DNA of 64,000 nucleotides, taken from sequence record SRR31156797_5308; one strand, 5' to 3'. Every line of letters begins with the position of its first letter. Within the stretch, counting starts at the first letter, position 1. Positions 22,275-34,800 of the stretch are shown here, piece after piece. The notes beneath the pieces were generated by a model. It made no database searches. It saw nothing but the letters and a program-made list of their open reading frames with translations, and had not been told where the DNA came from. The translations under genes were made by a program, and so were the position numbers.

Positions 22275-22541
22275 TGATTCACACTCCTAGCTTTTTTTAA
22301 AATTAAATGAGTAATTGGAAAGATTTGATTCATATTATAGCTCAATCTTTTTTCATTTGTAAAGGTTCTTTTCCAATGTTCCCCCCTTATTTCTGAAAAG
22401 ACAAGTGCTATTTTACTTTGATGTGAGGTTTTTGTCCATGAAAATTTTTCTCACCCCATCAGATCACAAGGAGAACCGGTTGTTTCTTTTGCTAAAAAAA
22501 GGTAAGATAAACCATATAACAAAGGAAAAGGTGGAAAAAAA

Positions 22542-23549
22542 GTGAATACGATTTTAACTGGCGACCGCCCAACTGGCAAATTGCATCTTGGCCATTATGT
22601 GGGGTCTTTAAAAAAACGGGTCGAAATGCAAGCTGACCCTGAAAATCAGCTTTATATCATGGTCGCTGACATGCAGGCACTAACAGATAATGCGAAAACA
22701 CCTGAGAAGGTCTCAGCGAATATTTTAGAAGTTGCTTTGGATTATTTAGCCGTTGGATTGGATCCAGCAAAAACAACGATGTTTATTCAATCGCAAATCC
22801 CTCAGCTCTCTGAATTGACGATGTATTATCTCAATCTAGTCAGTGTTGCTCGAGTACGACGCAATCCAACCGTTAAAGCCGAAATTGAACAAAAAAAATT
22901 TGGTGAAGGCGTTCCTTCTGGTTTCTTCATCTATCCTGTCTCTCAAGCAGCGGATATCACCGCTTTTAAAGCAAATTTAGTCCCAGTCGGCGAAGATCAA
23001 AAACCAATGCTGGAACAAACGCAAGAAATCGTGCATAGTTTTAATTCTACGTATAGTGAAGTATTAGTCGAACCAAAAGCGGTTTTACCGCCAAAAGGCA
23101 TGGGACGTTTAGCGGGGATCGATGGGAACGGGAAAATGAGCAAATCATTGAACAACGGCATTTACTTAGCTGATCCAGCCGATGTATTACAAAAGAAAGT
23201 GATGAGCATGTACACGGACCCAAATCACATTCATGTCAACGACCCCGGACAAGTTGAAGGCAATATGGTCTTCACTTATCTTGATGTATTTGGTACCGAA
23301 AAAGAAAAAATTGCTGAATTAAAAGAACATTACACCCGTGGTGGATTAGGCGATGTCAAAATCAAACGCTATTTGATCGATGTTCTAGAAGCCGAATTTG
23401 CACCGATTCGTGAACGCCGTGAAGCTTTTGCAAAAGATCCCGGTGAAGTGATGAACTTACTAAAACTTGGTAGTGAAAAAGCTGAACAAGTTGCCGCTCA
23501 GACGTTAGCTGAAGTCAAAAATGCAATGGGCATCAATTACTTTGCTTAA
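22542..23549 (+). CDS. trpS: Tryptophanyl-tRNA synthetase
   Basis: [30 protein letters not shown]. Confidence 0.97.
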   Translation: MNTILTGDRPTGKLHLGHYVGSLKKRVEMQADPENQLYIMVADMQALTDNAKTPEKVSANILEVALDYLAVGLDPAKTTMFIQSQIPQLSELTMYYLNLVSVARVRRNPTVKAEIEQKKFGEGVPSGFFIYPVSQAADITAFKANLVPVGEDQKPMLEQTQEIVHSFNSTYSEVLVEPKAVLPPKGMGRLAGIDGNGKMSKSLNNGIYLADPADVLQKKVMSMYTDPNHIHVNDPGQVEGNMVFTYLDVFGTEKEKIAELKEHYTRGGLGDVKIKRYLIDVLEAEFAPIRERREAFAKDPGEVMNLLKLGSEKAEQVAAQTLAEVKNAMGINYFA

Positions 23550-23580
23550 AAAAACAAGCCTTTACGGCTTGTTTTTTTGT
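23548..23580 (+). terminator. trpS terminator
   Basis: AAAAAAACAAGCC-ttta-CGGCTTGTTTTTTT. Confidence 0.8.
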
Positions 23581-23891
23581 TTACAAATCGGAATGAATTC
23601 TTTCATGCAAAACCTATGTACAAACTCTGTGTTAGATTTCACGAGAACACTTCCTCCCCAGACTGACACTTTGTGTATTTTGATTTGATGCTGTTTCTTG
23701 CGCAAAAATCGAGGAGCTGTCCTAAAAAATAACTTCATAAAACGCTGATTAGAAAATGCATTTTTTCAGCCTAGCCAGTGTTTAAAAAAGGTTGTACCAA
23801 AAAAGCTGGAATGCCTTCTATAGAGAAATCTTTTAAGGCTTTCACTCAACTCCTAACATTCTTGTGTCATCTGAGCATCTATTATAATAGT

Positions 23892-23940
23892 AGAAAACGT
23901 TCCCCACCCAACTTCTTTGTATGGTGGAGAACGTTTTTCT
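23892..23940 (-). terminator. pheT terminator
   Basis: AAAACGTTCCCCACC...GGTGGAGAACGTTTT. Confidence 0.7.
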
Positions 23941-23950
23941 ACTTATTTGA

Positions 23951-26371
23951 TTAGCGGATTTCTGCTTGAACGTTTTCTTCTAAGTTACGAGTAATTTTCG
24001 CTATTGCTTGATTGATCTCTTCATCCGTCAGGGTAGCTTCCGGATTGCTAAAGGTCAGACTGTACCCTAGAGATTTTTTACCTGATTCAATGTTTTTCCC
24101 TTGATAAACATCGAATAAACGAATATCACTTAAGAAGCGACCTGCACTTTCACGAATGATTTCCATCACGGATTGGTTATCGATCGTTTCATCGAGCAAG
24201 AGTGCCATATCTCGGGTCACTGATGGGAACTTAGAAACTGGTTGATAGACCAATTGTTCTGTTTTAGCTGCTAACAACTGATCTAAGTTCAATTCAGCAA
24301 CATAGGTTTCACTCACTTCGTAGGCTTTGGCGATCGATGGGTGGACTTGACCCAAGAAGCCGATTTCTAGGTCATCTAGCAAGATCATTGTCGTACGCCC
24401 AGGATGCATCTCTTTGATATCTGCCGTTTTTTGATAACGAATACGGTCGGTTAATGCCAACGAATCAAAAAGATTTTCTAAAATGCCTTTCAAATGGAAG
24501 AAATCAACTTTTTGAGCTTGAGTTTGCCAGTCTTTCTCATGGATATTTCCTGTCAATGCTAGCCCTAAGTGATTGACTTCTGTTGGCAGTTCGTGTTTAC
24601 TGTCGCCCGTTTGATAGAAGACGCGACCAATTTCATATAAAGCAACACGATTGTTTTTACGTGCCAAATTGTACGCAACGTCGTCTAACAAACCTGAAAT
24701 CAGATTCAAGCGCAAGACGGCACGCTCTTCGGTCATTGGCCAATCCAATCGAGTCACTTGGCTCGATTTATCCGTAAATTGTTGCGCCTTCTCTTCCGTT
24801 GTCAAAGCATAGCTGATGGCTTCACTGACCCCGTTGCCTTCCAAAAGAGTCCGAACTTCTCTAGTCAGACGTTGCGCTTTGGTTAAATGACCGGCAACCG
24901 TTTCTCCTTGCGGTAAAGTCGATGGCAAACGATCATAACCGTAAATACGCGCCACTTCTTCAATGATATCTGCTTCGATCGTAATATCCCAACGACGAGG
25001 TGGGACTGAAACAATATAGCTGTCTGCTTCTTGACGATGACCAAAGCCTAATGCATCAAAGATTTCTTGCACTTCTTCATCAGTGATTTCTGTGCCTAAA
25101 TAGCTATTGATCCGTGCTAAAGTAATCGCAACCTCCACAGGTTCTACTGCTACTTGGGAACCTATTACTGCCTCTTTTAAGACCGTTCCGCCAGCAAGTT
25201 CCGCAATCAGTGCTGCTGCTGCATCACAAGCTTTTGCAACCGTTGCTTGGTTGATCCCTTTTTCAAAACGAGCGGATGATTCGCTTCTTAAATTGAATTT
25301 TTTCGAAGTCAAACGAATTGCTAATGGATCGAACAAGGCCGCTTCTAAAGCGACTGTGGTCGTCGTTTCCGTGATTTCAGAATCAAGACCTCCCATGACG
25401 CCTGCGAGCGCAACTGGTGTCGTTCCGTTGGTGATAACGATGTCTTCTGGGGAAAGCTGACGAGTTTCTCCATCTAAGGTAACCAGGCTTTCATTTTCTT
25501 TGCCGCGACGTACCAGTATTTCCTTGCTGTCTAGCTTTTGATAATCAAAAGCATGCAATGGTTGACCAAATAACAGTAAGATATAATTCGTCACGTCCAC
25601 GACATTATTGATTGGACGAATGCCTTCATTCATCAAGCGATTTTGCAGCCATTGTGGACTTGGGGCGATCGTTACGCCATCAATGATTCGAATTTGGTAG
25701 GCGGGTGCATCCGTTACTTCAGTGACCTTCACCTGAATTTTATCGGCAGCAGCTACTTCACTTTCGGTAAGCGCAATTTCAGGAAACTTCGGTGTTTGCC
25801 GATAGATTGCACCGACTTCATAAGCAACCCCCCGCATGCTCAACGCATCCGCACGATTCGGAGTGATCGATAATTCGATAATGTGATCATCCATATCAAG
25901 ATAAGGAAAAACCGGTGATCCTGGTTCTGCTTCTGCTGGTAAATAATAAATTCCTTCTGCGTATTCTTTGGGAATCACGCTATCGGCATATCCCAACTCT
26001 TGCAACGAACAAATCATGCCGTTGGAAACTTCTCCCCGCATCTTGCCCTTTTTGATTTTTACGTTGCCCGCGATTCGAGAGCCTGGTAATGCCACGATGA
26101 CTTTGATGCCGCTTTTGACATTCGGCGCACCACAAACGATCTGTGAGTCTTCATCCTCGCCAATATTTACTTGGCAAATTGATAGATGATCAGAATCTGG
26201 ATGTGGTCGGCAGTCGGTCACTTCTCCGACAACGATTTTTTTTAAACCCTTTTCAGGCACGTCAATACCTTCGACTTCGATCCCCGTCACTGACATTTTA
26301 TCCGCCAGCTCTTTGGGTGTGATCTCAGACAGATCAAGGTATTCATTTAACCATTTGTATGATACTAACAT
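23951..26371 (-). CDS. pheT: Phenylalanyl-tRNA synthetase beta subunit
   Basis: [40 protein letters not shown]-terminus. Confidence 0.98.
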   Translation of the reverse strand: MLVSYKWLNEYLDLSEITPKELADKMSVTGIEVEGIDVPEKGLKKIVVGEVTDCRPHPDSDHLSICQVNIGEDEDSQIVCGAPNVKSGIKVIVALPGSRIAGNVKIKKGKMRGEVSNGMICSLQELGYADSVIPKEYAEGIYYLPAEAEPGSPVFPYLDMDDHIIELSITPNRADALSMRGVAYEVGAIYRQTPKFPEIALTESEVAAADKIQVKVTEVTDAPAYQIRIIDGVTIAPSPQWLQNRLMNEGIRPINNVVDVTNYILLLFGQPLHAFDYQKLDSKEILVRRGKENESLVTLDGETRQLSPEDIVITNGTTPVALAGVMGGLDSEITETTTTVALEAALFDPLAIRLTSKKFNLRSESSARFEKGINQATVAKACDAAAALIAELAGGTVLKEAVIGSQVAVEPVEVAITLARINSYLGTEITDEEVQEIFDALGFGHRQEADSYIVSVPPRRWDITIEADIIEEVARIYGYDRLPSTLPQGETVAGHLTKAQRLTREVRTLLEGNGVSEAISYALTTEEKAQQFTDKSSQVTRLDWPMTEERAVLRLNLISGLLDDVAYNLARKNNRVALYEIGRVFYQTGDSKHELPTEVNHLGLALTGNIHEKDWQTQAQKVDFFHLKGILENLFDSLALTDRIRYQKTADIKEMHPGRTTMILLDDLEIGFLGQVHPSIAKAYEVSETYVAELNLDQLLAAKTEQLVYQPVSKFPSVTRDMALLLDETIDNQSVMEIIRESAGRFLSDIRLFDVYQGKNIESGKKSLGYSLTFSNPEATLTDEEINQAIAKITRNLEENVQAEIR

Positions 26372-27418
26372 TTATTGTTCCCCCTTGAACTGGCGAATGA
26401 AACGCACATCATTTTGATAGAATTGGCGAATGTCGTTCACGCCGTAGCGCAGCATTGCCACTCGATCAGGACCTAAACCAAAAGCAAATCCTGAATATTG
26501 GGTTGGATCGATCCCTGACATTTCTAAGACGTTAGGATGCACCATTCCAGCACCGAGGATCTCGATCCAGCCAGTTTGTTTACAAACATTACAACCGGCA
26601 CCACCGCACTTGAAGCAGCTGACATCGACTTCGACCGATGGTTCTGTGAAAGGGAAATAGCTTGGTCGCAAGCGAATTTGGCGATCTTCCCCAAACATTT
26701 TTTGCATCATGACTTCTAAGGTTCCTTTTAAGTCACCCATCGTAATATTCTTATCGATTACCAATCCTTCAATTTGATGGAATTGGTGGCTATGGGTCGC
26801 ATCATCTGTGTCACGACGGAAAACTTTCCCGGGTGAGATCATCCGCACCGGCCCTTTAGAAAAATCATGAGTCTCCATTGTTCTCGCTTGCACTGGTGAC
26901 GTATGGGTTCGAATCAGCACTTCCTCTGAAATATAAAAAGTATCTTGCATGTCTCTGGCTGGATGATCTTTTGGCAGATTCATCCGTTCGAAGTTGTAAT
27001 GATCTTTTTCCACTTCGTAACCTTCGACTACTTGGTAGCCCATACCAACAAAGATATCTTCGATTTCTTCCATGATTTGCGTTAGCACATGGCGTGTTCC
27101 TCGGTCCATCTTTTTACCAGGCAACGTCACGTCGATGGATTCTTCAGCAAGAGCTTTTTCCAAGTTTGCTGCTTCGATAGACGTCTTTGCTTCTTCGATC
27201 GCTTCTGTCAAGATATCACGAATCTCGTTGGCATAGCTCCCCACCTTCGGCCGTTCTTCCGCAGAAAGATCTTTCATCCCCCGTAGAACTTCTGTGATAG
27301 GGCCTTTTTTCCCAAGCACTTCCACTCGAATTTGATTCAAGTCATTCATGGTTGGACTTTCTTTGATTTTAAGCAATGTCGTTTCCTTCAATGCTTCTAA
27401 TTTCTCTTGTAAAGACAT
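26372..27418 (-). CDS. pheS: Phenylalanyl-tRNA synthetase alpha subunit
   Basis: [32 protein letters not shown]; start MSLQEK after AGGAGG. Confidence 0.98.
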   Translation of the reverse strand: MSLQEKLEALKETTLLKIKESPTMNDLNQIRVEVLGKKGPITEVLRGMKDLSAEERPKVGSYANEIRDILTEAIEEAKTSIEAANLEKALAEESIDVTLPGKKMDRGTRHVLTQIMEEIEDIFVGMGYQVVEGYEVEKDHYNFERMNLPKDHPARDMQDTFYISEEVLIRTHTSPVQARTMETHDFSKGPVRMISPGKVFRRDTDDATHSHQFHQIEGLVIDKNITMGDLKGTLEVMMQKMFGEDRQIRLRPSYFPFTEPSVEVDVSCFKCGGAGCNVCKQTGWIEILGAGMVHPNVLEMSGIDPTQYSGFAFGLGPDRVAMLRYGVNDIRQFYQNDVRFIRQFKGEQ

Positions 27419-27502
27419 GTGTTTCCTCCTTCTATGCTGTGAATAGTGCAAGAATAAAAAGACTGGATTGACTGAATAAAGTGAGTATCATTCGTATAAA
27501 GA

Positions 27503-27732
27503 CAAAAAAAGACATCATCCCTTAAAAAGGAACGACGTCTCGTGTTACCATCCTCATTCGCGAAAAAAACCGCGCACTCACTTCGGCTAACGACAGCAAA
27601 ACTGCCGACTGACTGTAATCAGCAAGCTCCAGAAGTGAAATTCATTTTTCGAATACAGGACTTGCTTTCAGTCTGTGACAAGTCTCCCTTTTTCTGATTC
27701 AGCCAAATTACTAGTTTCTATCAACGCTTTTT
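27503..27732 (-). ncRNA. Phe T-box riboswitch leader
   Basis: Minus strand: GCGTTGA..AGTA stem I start, CTGAAAG loop, GAATTTCAC with TTC specifier (27637-27639), T-box AATGAGGATGGTAACACG (27541-27558), terminator GACGTCGTTCCT..AGGGATGATGTC-TTTTTTT. Confidence 0.92.
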
Positions 27733-27775
27733 ATCTATTCATTTAAGCTTAGTTTACCTAATTTCCGGTGAGAAA

Positions 27776-28096
27776 TCAACTGCATTCTTCCTCACGCACC
27801 CAGGTTTCTGCCCAACGCTTCACACTCATCATACTCTTTTCAAGAGCAATACCTCTTGGCGTCAAGCAGTAAAGATTGTTTTCTTTGCAGACAATTTCTT
27901 CCCGCTCTAATTCTTTCAAGCGTTCGACTAACACCCGATCACTCACTTGAGGAATCTTGTTTGCTAACTCAACAAATCTTTGTTTGCCGTCTTCAAGAAG
28001 GACATCAATGATCAAGCCGTTCCACTTTTTGCCTAAAATAGAAAAAGCTTTTTCAAATTTAGGACAAAGGGCATAATCCGATTCTACTTTTATCAC
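27776..28096 (-). CDS. HxlR/DUF24 redox-sensing regulator (YodB/CatR-like)
   Basis: LCPKFEKAFSILGKKWNGLII, SDRVLVERLKELE; N- and C-terminal Cys. Confidence 0.88.
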   Translation of the reverse strand: MIKVESDYALCPKFEKAFSILGKKWNGLIIDVLLEDGKQRFVELANKIPQVSDRVLVERLKELEREEIVCKENNLYCLTPRGIALEKSMMSVKRWAETWVREEECS

Positions 28097-28131
28097 TCTC
28101 CATCACCTCTTTTACCTATTATAGCATATGA

Positions 28132-28146
28132 CTTACGAATTGTAAG
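28132..28146. promoter_or_regulatory. Putative YodB/CatR-type autoregulatory operator
   Basis: CTTAC-gaatt-GTAAG upstream of an extended -10 TGcTATAAT (- strand, 28118-28126). Confidence 0.55.
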
Positions 28147-28163
28147 AAACTAGGATCGATCAG

Positions 28164-31100
28164 CTAGAATGCCACGATCATTTTAGGTTTTAACAGCACT
28201 AAATAGGTCTGTTTCACTGGTTTGTTCAATGCTTTCTCCAATGCTTGGCAGTAGAGTTTCAATTGACCATAATATCGTTCGCGCATTTTCTTTTCAATCT
28301 GAGCCTGACTGCCGAAAACATCATCTGTTTTAAAGTCATATAAAATGATTTCATCCGCCAATTCAATATAGCCGTCGATAATACCATGGATCAAAAGCGG
28401 CGCATCTGGTTCGTCAAACCCTTCAAAGATCGTATCAGCCTCTTTTAGCATCGAAAACGGCTGCTCCCGCTTCACCACATCAGAGGATCGGTTCAGCAGT
28501 TCACCTAGTTCAGTTTGATAAAACCACAAAATGCTCGATCGGTCAATTTTTTTGGCGATTTCTTCAGAAAAAAATTGCTTTTTCACGAGTTCAGCAATCA
28601 GGCGCTCCAAAGTATCTTGTGTTGGCGTCATTCCTAATGGGATCATTTGCAAAACCGTATGTGTTGCTGTCCCGATACTGCTGGCGAGAGGCTTCGTTTC
28701 TTGCAGAAATTTTGGTTTCGCCAATTCATCCTGTACGTAGCGATATTGCTGAGGATTCGTCTTCTCGGAAACCGACCGCCATTCCAACAAAGTGGTCTGT
28801 TGATCATCGGGATCGTTATAGAGTCTTTTCAATTCTGATACAGATTGATAACTAGTCGTTTGGGTCGCTTTTTGATAAGGATAGCGATATGCTAGGCGTT
28901 TCAAAAGATCATCGATATTGCTATCTGGCGCAAGCAATCGTTTAGACTCCTCGACTGGCACAAGGGTCTCTTGGACTTGTTGCGTGATCGTTTCTTGATT
29001 CCACCATGACAGACGAAAATGAGCAGGATGAGCGATCGTCCGCTTGCGCTCTGACGCTTCAGAGAATACTGCTTCCATATCTGGATGGCGCATCAGGGTC
29101 CGTCCGACCCAATCCATCAAGCTCCCCCGGGCAACAAGGCGCAATGCAGGGTCAAGAACCATCTCGGCTTGCGTCAAGCCTGATTGCCACGTCTTAAAGG
29201 CATCCGCTTGATTTTTATAGGAGCCCACTAAGAAAAGCTTCTGCTCTGCTCGTGTCAATGCTACGTACAATTTTCGCATTTCTTCTGATAAGGCTTTTTT
29301 CAAACGAACTTGCTTGATGGCTTGAAACGGCAGTGTCTCAAATTTAAGATTTTCTGCGGGTTCCACATATTGGATTCCAGCCCCCAGTTGTTCTTCAAAG
29401 ATATAGCGTTTTTGAAAATCTTGGTAGTTAAAGAATTTTGTTGTATCCAATAAGAACACAACAGGGAATTCCAAGCCTTTACTTGCATGAACGGTCATCA
29501 CTCGAACGGCATCTTCTACAGGAGTAGCCACAGGCTCCGCCAAATCTTTGTTTTTTTCTTGCATTTTTTCGATGAAGCGAATGAATTGGTACAAACCACG
29601 GAAACTGCTCTTTTCGTATTTTTCGGCTCTGTGGATCAATGCCACTAAATTTGCATAACGCTGCTGTCCTGCAGGAAGTCCCACAACATAATCCAAGTAA
29701 GCAGTATCTTCATAGATTTGCCATAATAAGGTCGGGATCGGTAATCTGCGTGCTTCTTCGCGCCATTGATTTAGTTTGGCTAAAAACCCATCCACCGTTT
29801 GCCACAAGGGTGACTCTTCTTGTTGAACATGATAATCCAATACTGCATCATAGTAGTCGCTGGAACGATTTGCTAAACGGATCTCAGCCAATTGATCTTC
29901 TGTTAGGCCGACGATTGGCGAACGCAAGACCGCCACAAGGGGGATATCTTGGTACGGATTGTCAATGATTTGCAGCAAAGAAACGACGGTTTGGATTTCC
30001 GTTGCCTGAAAATAGTTTTGAGCATCATTCACCGCCATCGGAATCCCTAACTGCTTAAAGACATCTAAAATGACAAGATTGTTTTTACGTGTAGGGGTCA
30101 ATAAGACGATATCGTTGTAAGTGATTGGTCGATTTGCTTTGGCTTTTTTGTCATAGATCATGAAGTTTGATTCAATCAACTCTCGAATCTTCAATGCAGT
30201 AATCTGCATTTCACCCTCTGTTTTGTCATCGATCAATTGTTCTTCGGATTCATGCTCTTTTTCATATAACAAGAGCTCTGTGGCAAAGGCGTCGCTTTCT
30301 GGAAAATGAGGAAAACCGGTAATCAAGGCCGCCGCCTCATCATAAGGGATTTGTCCAACCCGTTCATCCATCAGTTGTTGAAAAACTAGATTCGTAAAAT
30401 CCAATACGTCGGAGCGAGAACGGAAATTTTCTGCTAAGACGATTCTCCGCCCACCATTCTCCGTTTCAAATGCCAAGTATTTTTCGATAAATAGCGTCGG
30501 ATCTGCTAGTCGAAACGAATAGATCGACTGCTTTACATCCCCCACCATAAACATATTGCCGGGGTTATGATCGACTTGTCTCACCCAATATAAAATTGCC
30601 TCTTGCAGCCGATTGACGTCTTGATATTCATCGACTAAAACTTCTTCAAAGCGATCACGATAATAGGTCGACGCTTCATTTCCACTACCGTCTCCTTGTA
30701 AAATCTGCAAGGTGAAATGTTCCAAATCATTAAAGTCTAAACGGCCTTTTGAAAGTTTCCTTTCTTGGAATGCTTTCATAAACGCTTCGGTCATAGCTGC
30801 CATTTTTTCAACGACAGGTGCGGACCGATGAAGCAGCTCCATCATTTCAGCCGGTGGGTATGGAAAGGCCGCTTTCAATTGCTCAACCAATTTTTTCGCA
30901 TCATCTCGCAAAGGTTTAATTTCTTGAGAGAGTTCCTTTTGTTCTGGTTTGCGAAAAGCTGGGTAGCGAGCAAAACGCAACACTTGGATTTGCTCATAGA
31001 AGCCATCGACATCGTCTGCATCAAGCAGAGCCTTTAAGGTTTCCACCATTCCTAATTCGGTATCGATCAATAGTGCCGCTTTTTCCATCGCTTCATCAGA

Positions 31101-31841
31101 ACGGGCATAGTCTTGCGCCGCCTGCAGCAAATGCGCCGCTGTTTTCAAGTTTTCTTGCAAAGTCGGCTTGATTTGCGATTGGTACAGGGTATTTTCAGCA
31201 AAGGTTTCTTTGCCGATATAGTGATCACTTAGATGAGCTAACCAGTTCACTGGATCCGGATTTGCTCGGGCAAAGTCATAAAGAGACAGGATCAGATCCC
31301 CGACGCCTTCATCGGAACGATCACTAGAAAAATTTTCCGTCAAACGAAAGAACGCTTCATCATTGGCTTCATATTGTTGATCTCTCAGCTGTGTCCAGAT
31401 TTCTTCTTTCATCAATAAAATTTCGGTTTCATCAGTCATCATGCGGAAATTTGGATCTAAATCGATCAAATAATAAAAACGCCGAATCACAGTTAAACAA
31501 AACGCATGCAAGGTAGAAATGTTAGCTGTCGGCAATAGCTGCAGCTGACGGACGAAGTGCTGGCGCTTTTGCTCGTCACTTTCTTGATTGATGGCCTGCT
31601 GCAATGCCGCTTGAATCCGTTCTTTCATTTCTCGAGCAGCTGCTTCGGTAAAGGTCACGATCAGTAAAGAATCGATCGTCGTTCCTGCTTTTAGCTTTTC
31701 AATCACTCGCCGAACCAAAACGGTGGTTTTACCTGAACCCGCTGAAGCGGAAACGAGGATATTATCCCCTTTATCAAAAATGGCTTGCCATTGGGTATCC
31801 GTAAAGGTTTCATTTTGCGGTTTTAAAGGGATCTTACTCAT
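28164..31841 (-). CDS. addA: ATP-dependent helicase/nuclease subunit A
   Basis: ASAGSGKT, DEYQD, VGDVKQSIY, HASKGLEF, GIIDG..DFKTD nuclease. Confidence 0.97.
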   Translation of the reverse strand: MSKIPLKPQNETFTDTQWQAIFDKGDNILVSASAGSGKTTVLVRRVIEKLKAGTTIDSLLIVTFTEAAAREMKERIQAALQQAINQESDEQKRQHFVRQLQLLPTANISTLHAFCLTVIRRFYYLIDLDPNFRMMTDETEILLMKEEIWTQLRDQQYEANDEAFFRLTENFSSDRSDEGVGDLILSLYDFARANPDPVNWLAHLSDHYIGKETFAENTLYQSQIKPTLQENLKTAAHLLQAAQDYARSDEAMEKAALLIDTELGMVETLKALLDADDVDGFYEQIQVLRFARYPAFRKPEQKELSQEIKPLRDDAKKLVEQLKAAFPYPPAEMMELLHRSAPVVEKMAAMTEAFMKAFQERKLSKGRLDFNDLEHFTLQILQGDGSGNEASTYYRDRFEEVLVDEYQDVNRLQEAILYWVRQVDHNPGNMFMVGDVKQSIYSFRLADPTLFIEKYLAFETENGGRRIVLAENFRSRSDVLDFTNLVFQQLMDERVGQIPYDEAAALITGFPHFPESDAFATELLLYEKEHESEEQLIDDKTEGEMQITALKIRELIESNFMIYDKKAKANRPITYNDIVLLTPTRKNNLVILDVFKQLGIPMAVNDAQNYFQATEIQTVVSLLQIIDNPYQDIPLVAVLRSPIVGLTEDQLAEIRLANRSSDYYDAVLDYHVQQEESPLWQTVDGFLAKLNQWREEARRLPIPTLLWQIYEDTAYLDYVVGLPAGQQRYANLVALIHRAEKYEKSSFRGLYQFIRFIEKMQEKNKDLAEPVATPVEDAVRVMTVHASKGLEFPVVFLLDTTKFFNYQDFQKRYIFEEQLGAGIQYVEPAENLKFETLPFQAIKQVRLKKALSEEMRKLYVALTRAEQKLFLVGSYKNQADAFKTWQSGLTQAEMVLDPALRLVARGSLMDWVGRTLMRHPDMEAVFSEASERKRTIAHPAHFRLSWWNQETITQQVQETLVPVEESKRLLAPDSNIDDLLKRLAYRYPYQKATQTTSYQSVSELKRLYNDPDDQQTTLLEWRSVSEKTNPQQYRYVQDELAKPKFLQETKPLASSIGTATHTVLQMIPLGMTPTQDTLERLIAELVKKQFFSEEIAKKIDRSSILWFYQTELGELLNRSSDVVKREQPFSMLKEADTIFEGFDEPDAPLLIHGIIDGYIELADEIILYDFKTDDVFGSQAQIEKKMRERYYGQLKLYCQALEKALNKPVKQTYLVLLKPKMIVAF

Positions 31842-34800
31842 CTTCTTCCTCCCTTAAGCGATGGATAATCTCATCTTTAGATAAGTTTTCTAAACGGTGG
31901 TACTCATTTTCTTTCAATAATACATCAAAGTCACAGATGCTGCGAAACGGACAAAACTCACACGCCCTTTTTTTGTCTTTTAATTTATAAGACGGGTTTA
32001 AGGCGATTTCACCGCTCAACAGCTTCTCACCACTTTGTTGCATATTTTTCCGATTGTGTTTTCTTAATAGTTCGAGCTCTTCTTCTGTATAAAACTTGTT
32101 TTTCGCCTGTGTTGTTTTTTGATAATTGCCGTTTTTGTCTTTCCGAACAGGAAATACCGGCGAATTTTTGCTGGCTTCAACTTCCTCATCGAGTAACGGG
32201 AAAACAGCCGGTTCGTCAATAAACAACCCGTCATACTTGAAACGTTTTAAACGTTCTTCTTCACTGGCTTCTTGTCCGTCCAAAAGCGGATTATGCACAT
32301 GCAGATAATATGCCCCCGCTGGTCGAACCTTTGGCGAACCAACCAGTTGGACAGCATCCGTCAATGCGACGTCGAGATACGTGATCAACTGCATCGCAAG
32401 TCCGTAGTAGGCTTCAGAAAGGTCAAAATCTCGGCTGCTAGATTTATAGTCAACAACGGAAAGCCATTGTTCTTCTTCCGTTTTCGCCGTATCGACACGA
32501 TCAATCTTCCCCCGCACATGTAGTTTCCCGCCAGAACTTAATGGTAATTCGATCCCGTTGATCCCATTTGAGCCAGCGATCTGGCCGAATAGCACCTCCG
32601 TCTTTTCAGGACTAAAATGCATTTTTTGTCCTTGTTTCGCTAATGCCCACGCTACTCGCTGAATCGTCTTGCCTAATTGATACCGAATAAAATTCATCCG
32701 AGCAGAACTCGTCAGTAAGCGATAACGGCTTTCGCCAAAAATTTCCTGCAAAACGACTTCCACAAATTGCACGCGTTGGTCAGCAGTTAACTGGGTCAAG
32801 GAAATATTTTCAGCAATTAGGACTTTGACAAAGCGGTCCAACGCATCATGGAAAAACTCACCGGTCATTGCTGGATTTAAGCCATAAACTTCCCGTTCTT
32901 TTAACCGTAATCCGTAGCTGACGAAATACTTGTATTCACACTGATAGAACGTCTCCATCTGAGAAATGGAGCTGTAGATCGACGGGCCATATAGCGCCGC
33001 AGCTTGTGCTTGAGACAAAGGAATCGGAATATTTTGATGGGTTTGGCTTTCAAATACTTGGGCAGCTAAATCTGTCCATTCCGAACGTAACAGCGCTTGT
33101 TTCAGTTGCTCCCACACTCGAGGCAAATTCTCTTTGTTTTTTTGCGCTTGCTGACTGAGATTATTGATTTGGTAGATCAGGCCACGATAACTGCCAACAT
33201 AGTCTCTCGGGTCACTGACTAGCGTCAAGATCCCCCGCTCTTGCAGTGGTACATCCAAATGCTTGACCACGCGGTCTAAATAAGGCGACATCTTGATGTT
33301 TTGCTGTGTATCAAAATTAACGGCATAGGACAGTGATAAGTGCTCTGTCGCTGAAAGCAAGACAGAATAAAAGGCAAATGGTTCTTTGACACTCCCCTCC
33401 ACCACTGTGTCTCTAAGGTATTTCTCACCATTGAATAACTGATTGAAATGCTGACGTTCTTCATTCGTCAACAATGTTTTATTTTCCATTTTTCTTGGCA
33501 AAGCCGTTTCATTCAATCCCGGTGCAAATGTGATCTTCGCTTGTTTCGGACGTGCCAAATCAAGGCGGTTGATGTTGACTTGGTCGATCGCTGTTGGGAT
33601 CTTTCCGAATGTGACATTTTCTAAGCCAGTCAATAAGACATCTTCAAAGAGCGCAAAATCAAAGGGCTCATCTCCATAGATCGTGGCATACTCATCCAGC
33701 AGATCCATTAAAGCTTGCCATGCTTGTTCATGATTGCGGGCTTGATCTAATTTTCCTTGTTGGATTGCCTGGTCTCGCCAATGCCTCAGCTGTTGCTCGA
33801 CACCCGCATTCAGTAAAAAGCGATACAGCAGTTCTACGGCATCTCGATTTGTTCTAGCTGCTGTCAGCCAATCGAGTGTATCCACGACATCTTGCTTGAA
33901 AGCCCTGCGAAGCTGATTGGTGTACGCCGTCAAATCCACTTTGTCCACTGCTTCTTCTTCCGATTGTAAATACTCGATCAGTTCCCAATCTTCGTTTCTC
34001 GTCCAACTCGCTCCTTGGAAATCATGAGCCAGCGCTTTGTTCTCGGTAATATCCACCAACTTACGAAACTGGTCACGCCCAACAAGCCAATCTGCTTCGG
34101 AGCGATAGGCTGCCGGTAAGTAAAGTTCCGTTCTAAGCAACCGTAAAATATCATTTAAGCGAAAGCCATAGGATTGACAAGCAAAAAAAGCATTCAAAAA
34201 CTCAACCAATGGATGTTGCGCCATCATCTGCTCTTCATCGATATAAAAAGGAATCTCAAACTCAGTAAAAATTTTAGGAATATACTGATGATAGACTTCT
34301 GGTTCGGCGATCAGTAATTGGATATCACGATACCGTAATGTTGGGTACCGTTTCTTATCACTCATCCTCCCGCGGATCGACGCTGCGATTTGACGAATCT
34401 CTTCTTCGGGATTCCCAACTTTCCAGACAGCCAAGAAGTCTTTGACGGACGTCTGCTGATGATAATTGGCTTGTGATTGGGTCTGCCGCCAAAAAGTTTC
34501 TACTTCCTTGTATGCCTGCGGGATCGATCCCTCGTCTTCTTTGTCCACTTCTTGGTTGACGGAAAGTTTCTGATCTAAGTAAATGTTCACTTGATTGTCA
34601 CGAGCAGAACTGATCAACTGATAATAGGTCCGTCCTGCTTCGTAAAATAAATTCAATGGCGTGGGCATCTCTTGTGGGTACCCGCGATCCAAAATAAGAT
34701 CAATCACTACATGACTTCTCTTCATCAGTACTTGAATCAACTGTTGCTCTTGTGTTGAAAAAGCGGAGAAACCGCTGATAATAAATAAGGCGTGGGAAAG

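Noticed and set aside
22421-22439. Possible GlnR box ATGTGA-N7-GTCCAT upstream of glnQ
   Set aside because: The right half-site deviates too far from TNACAT to call
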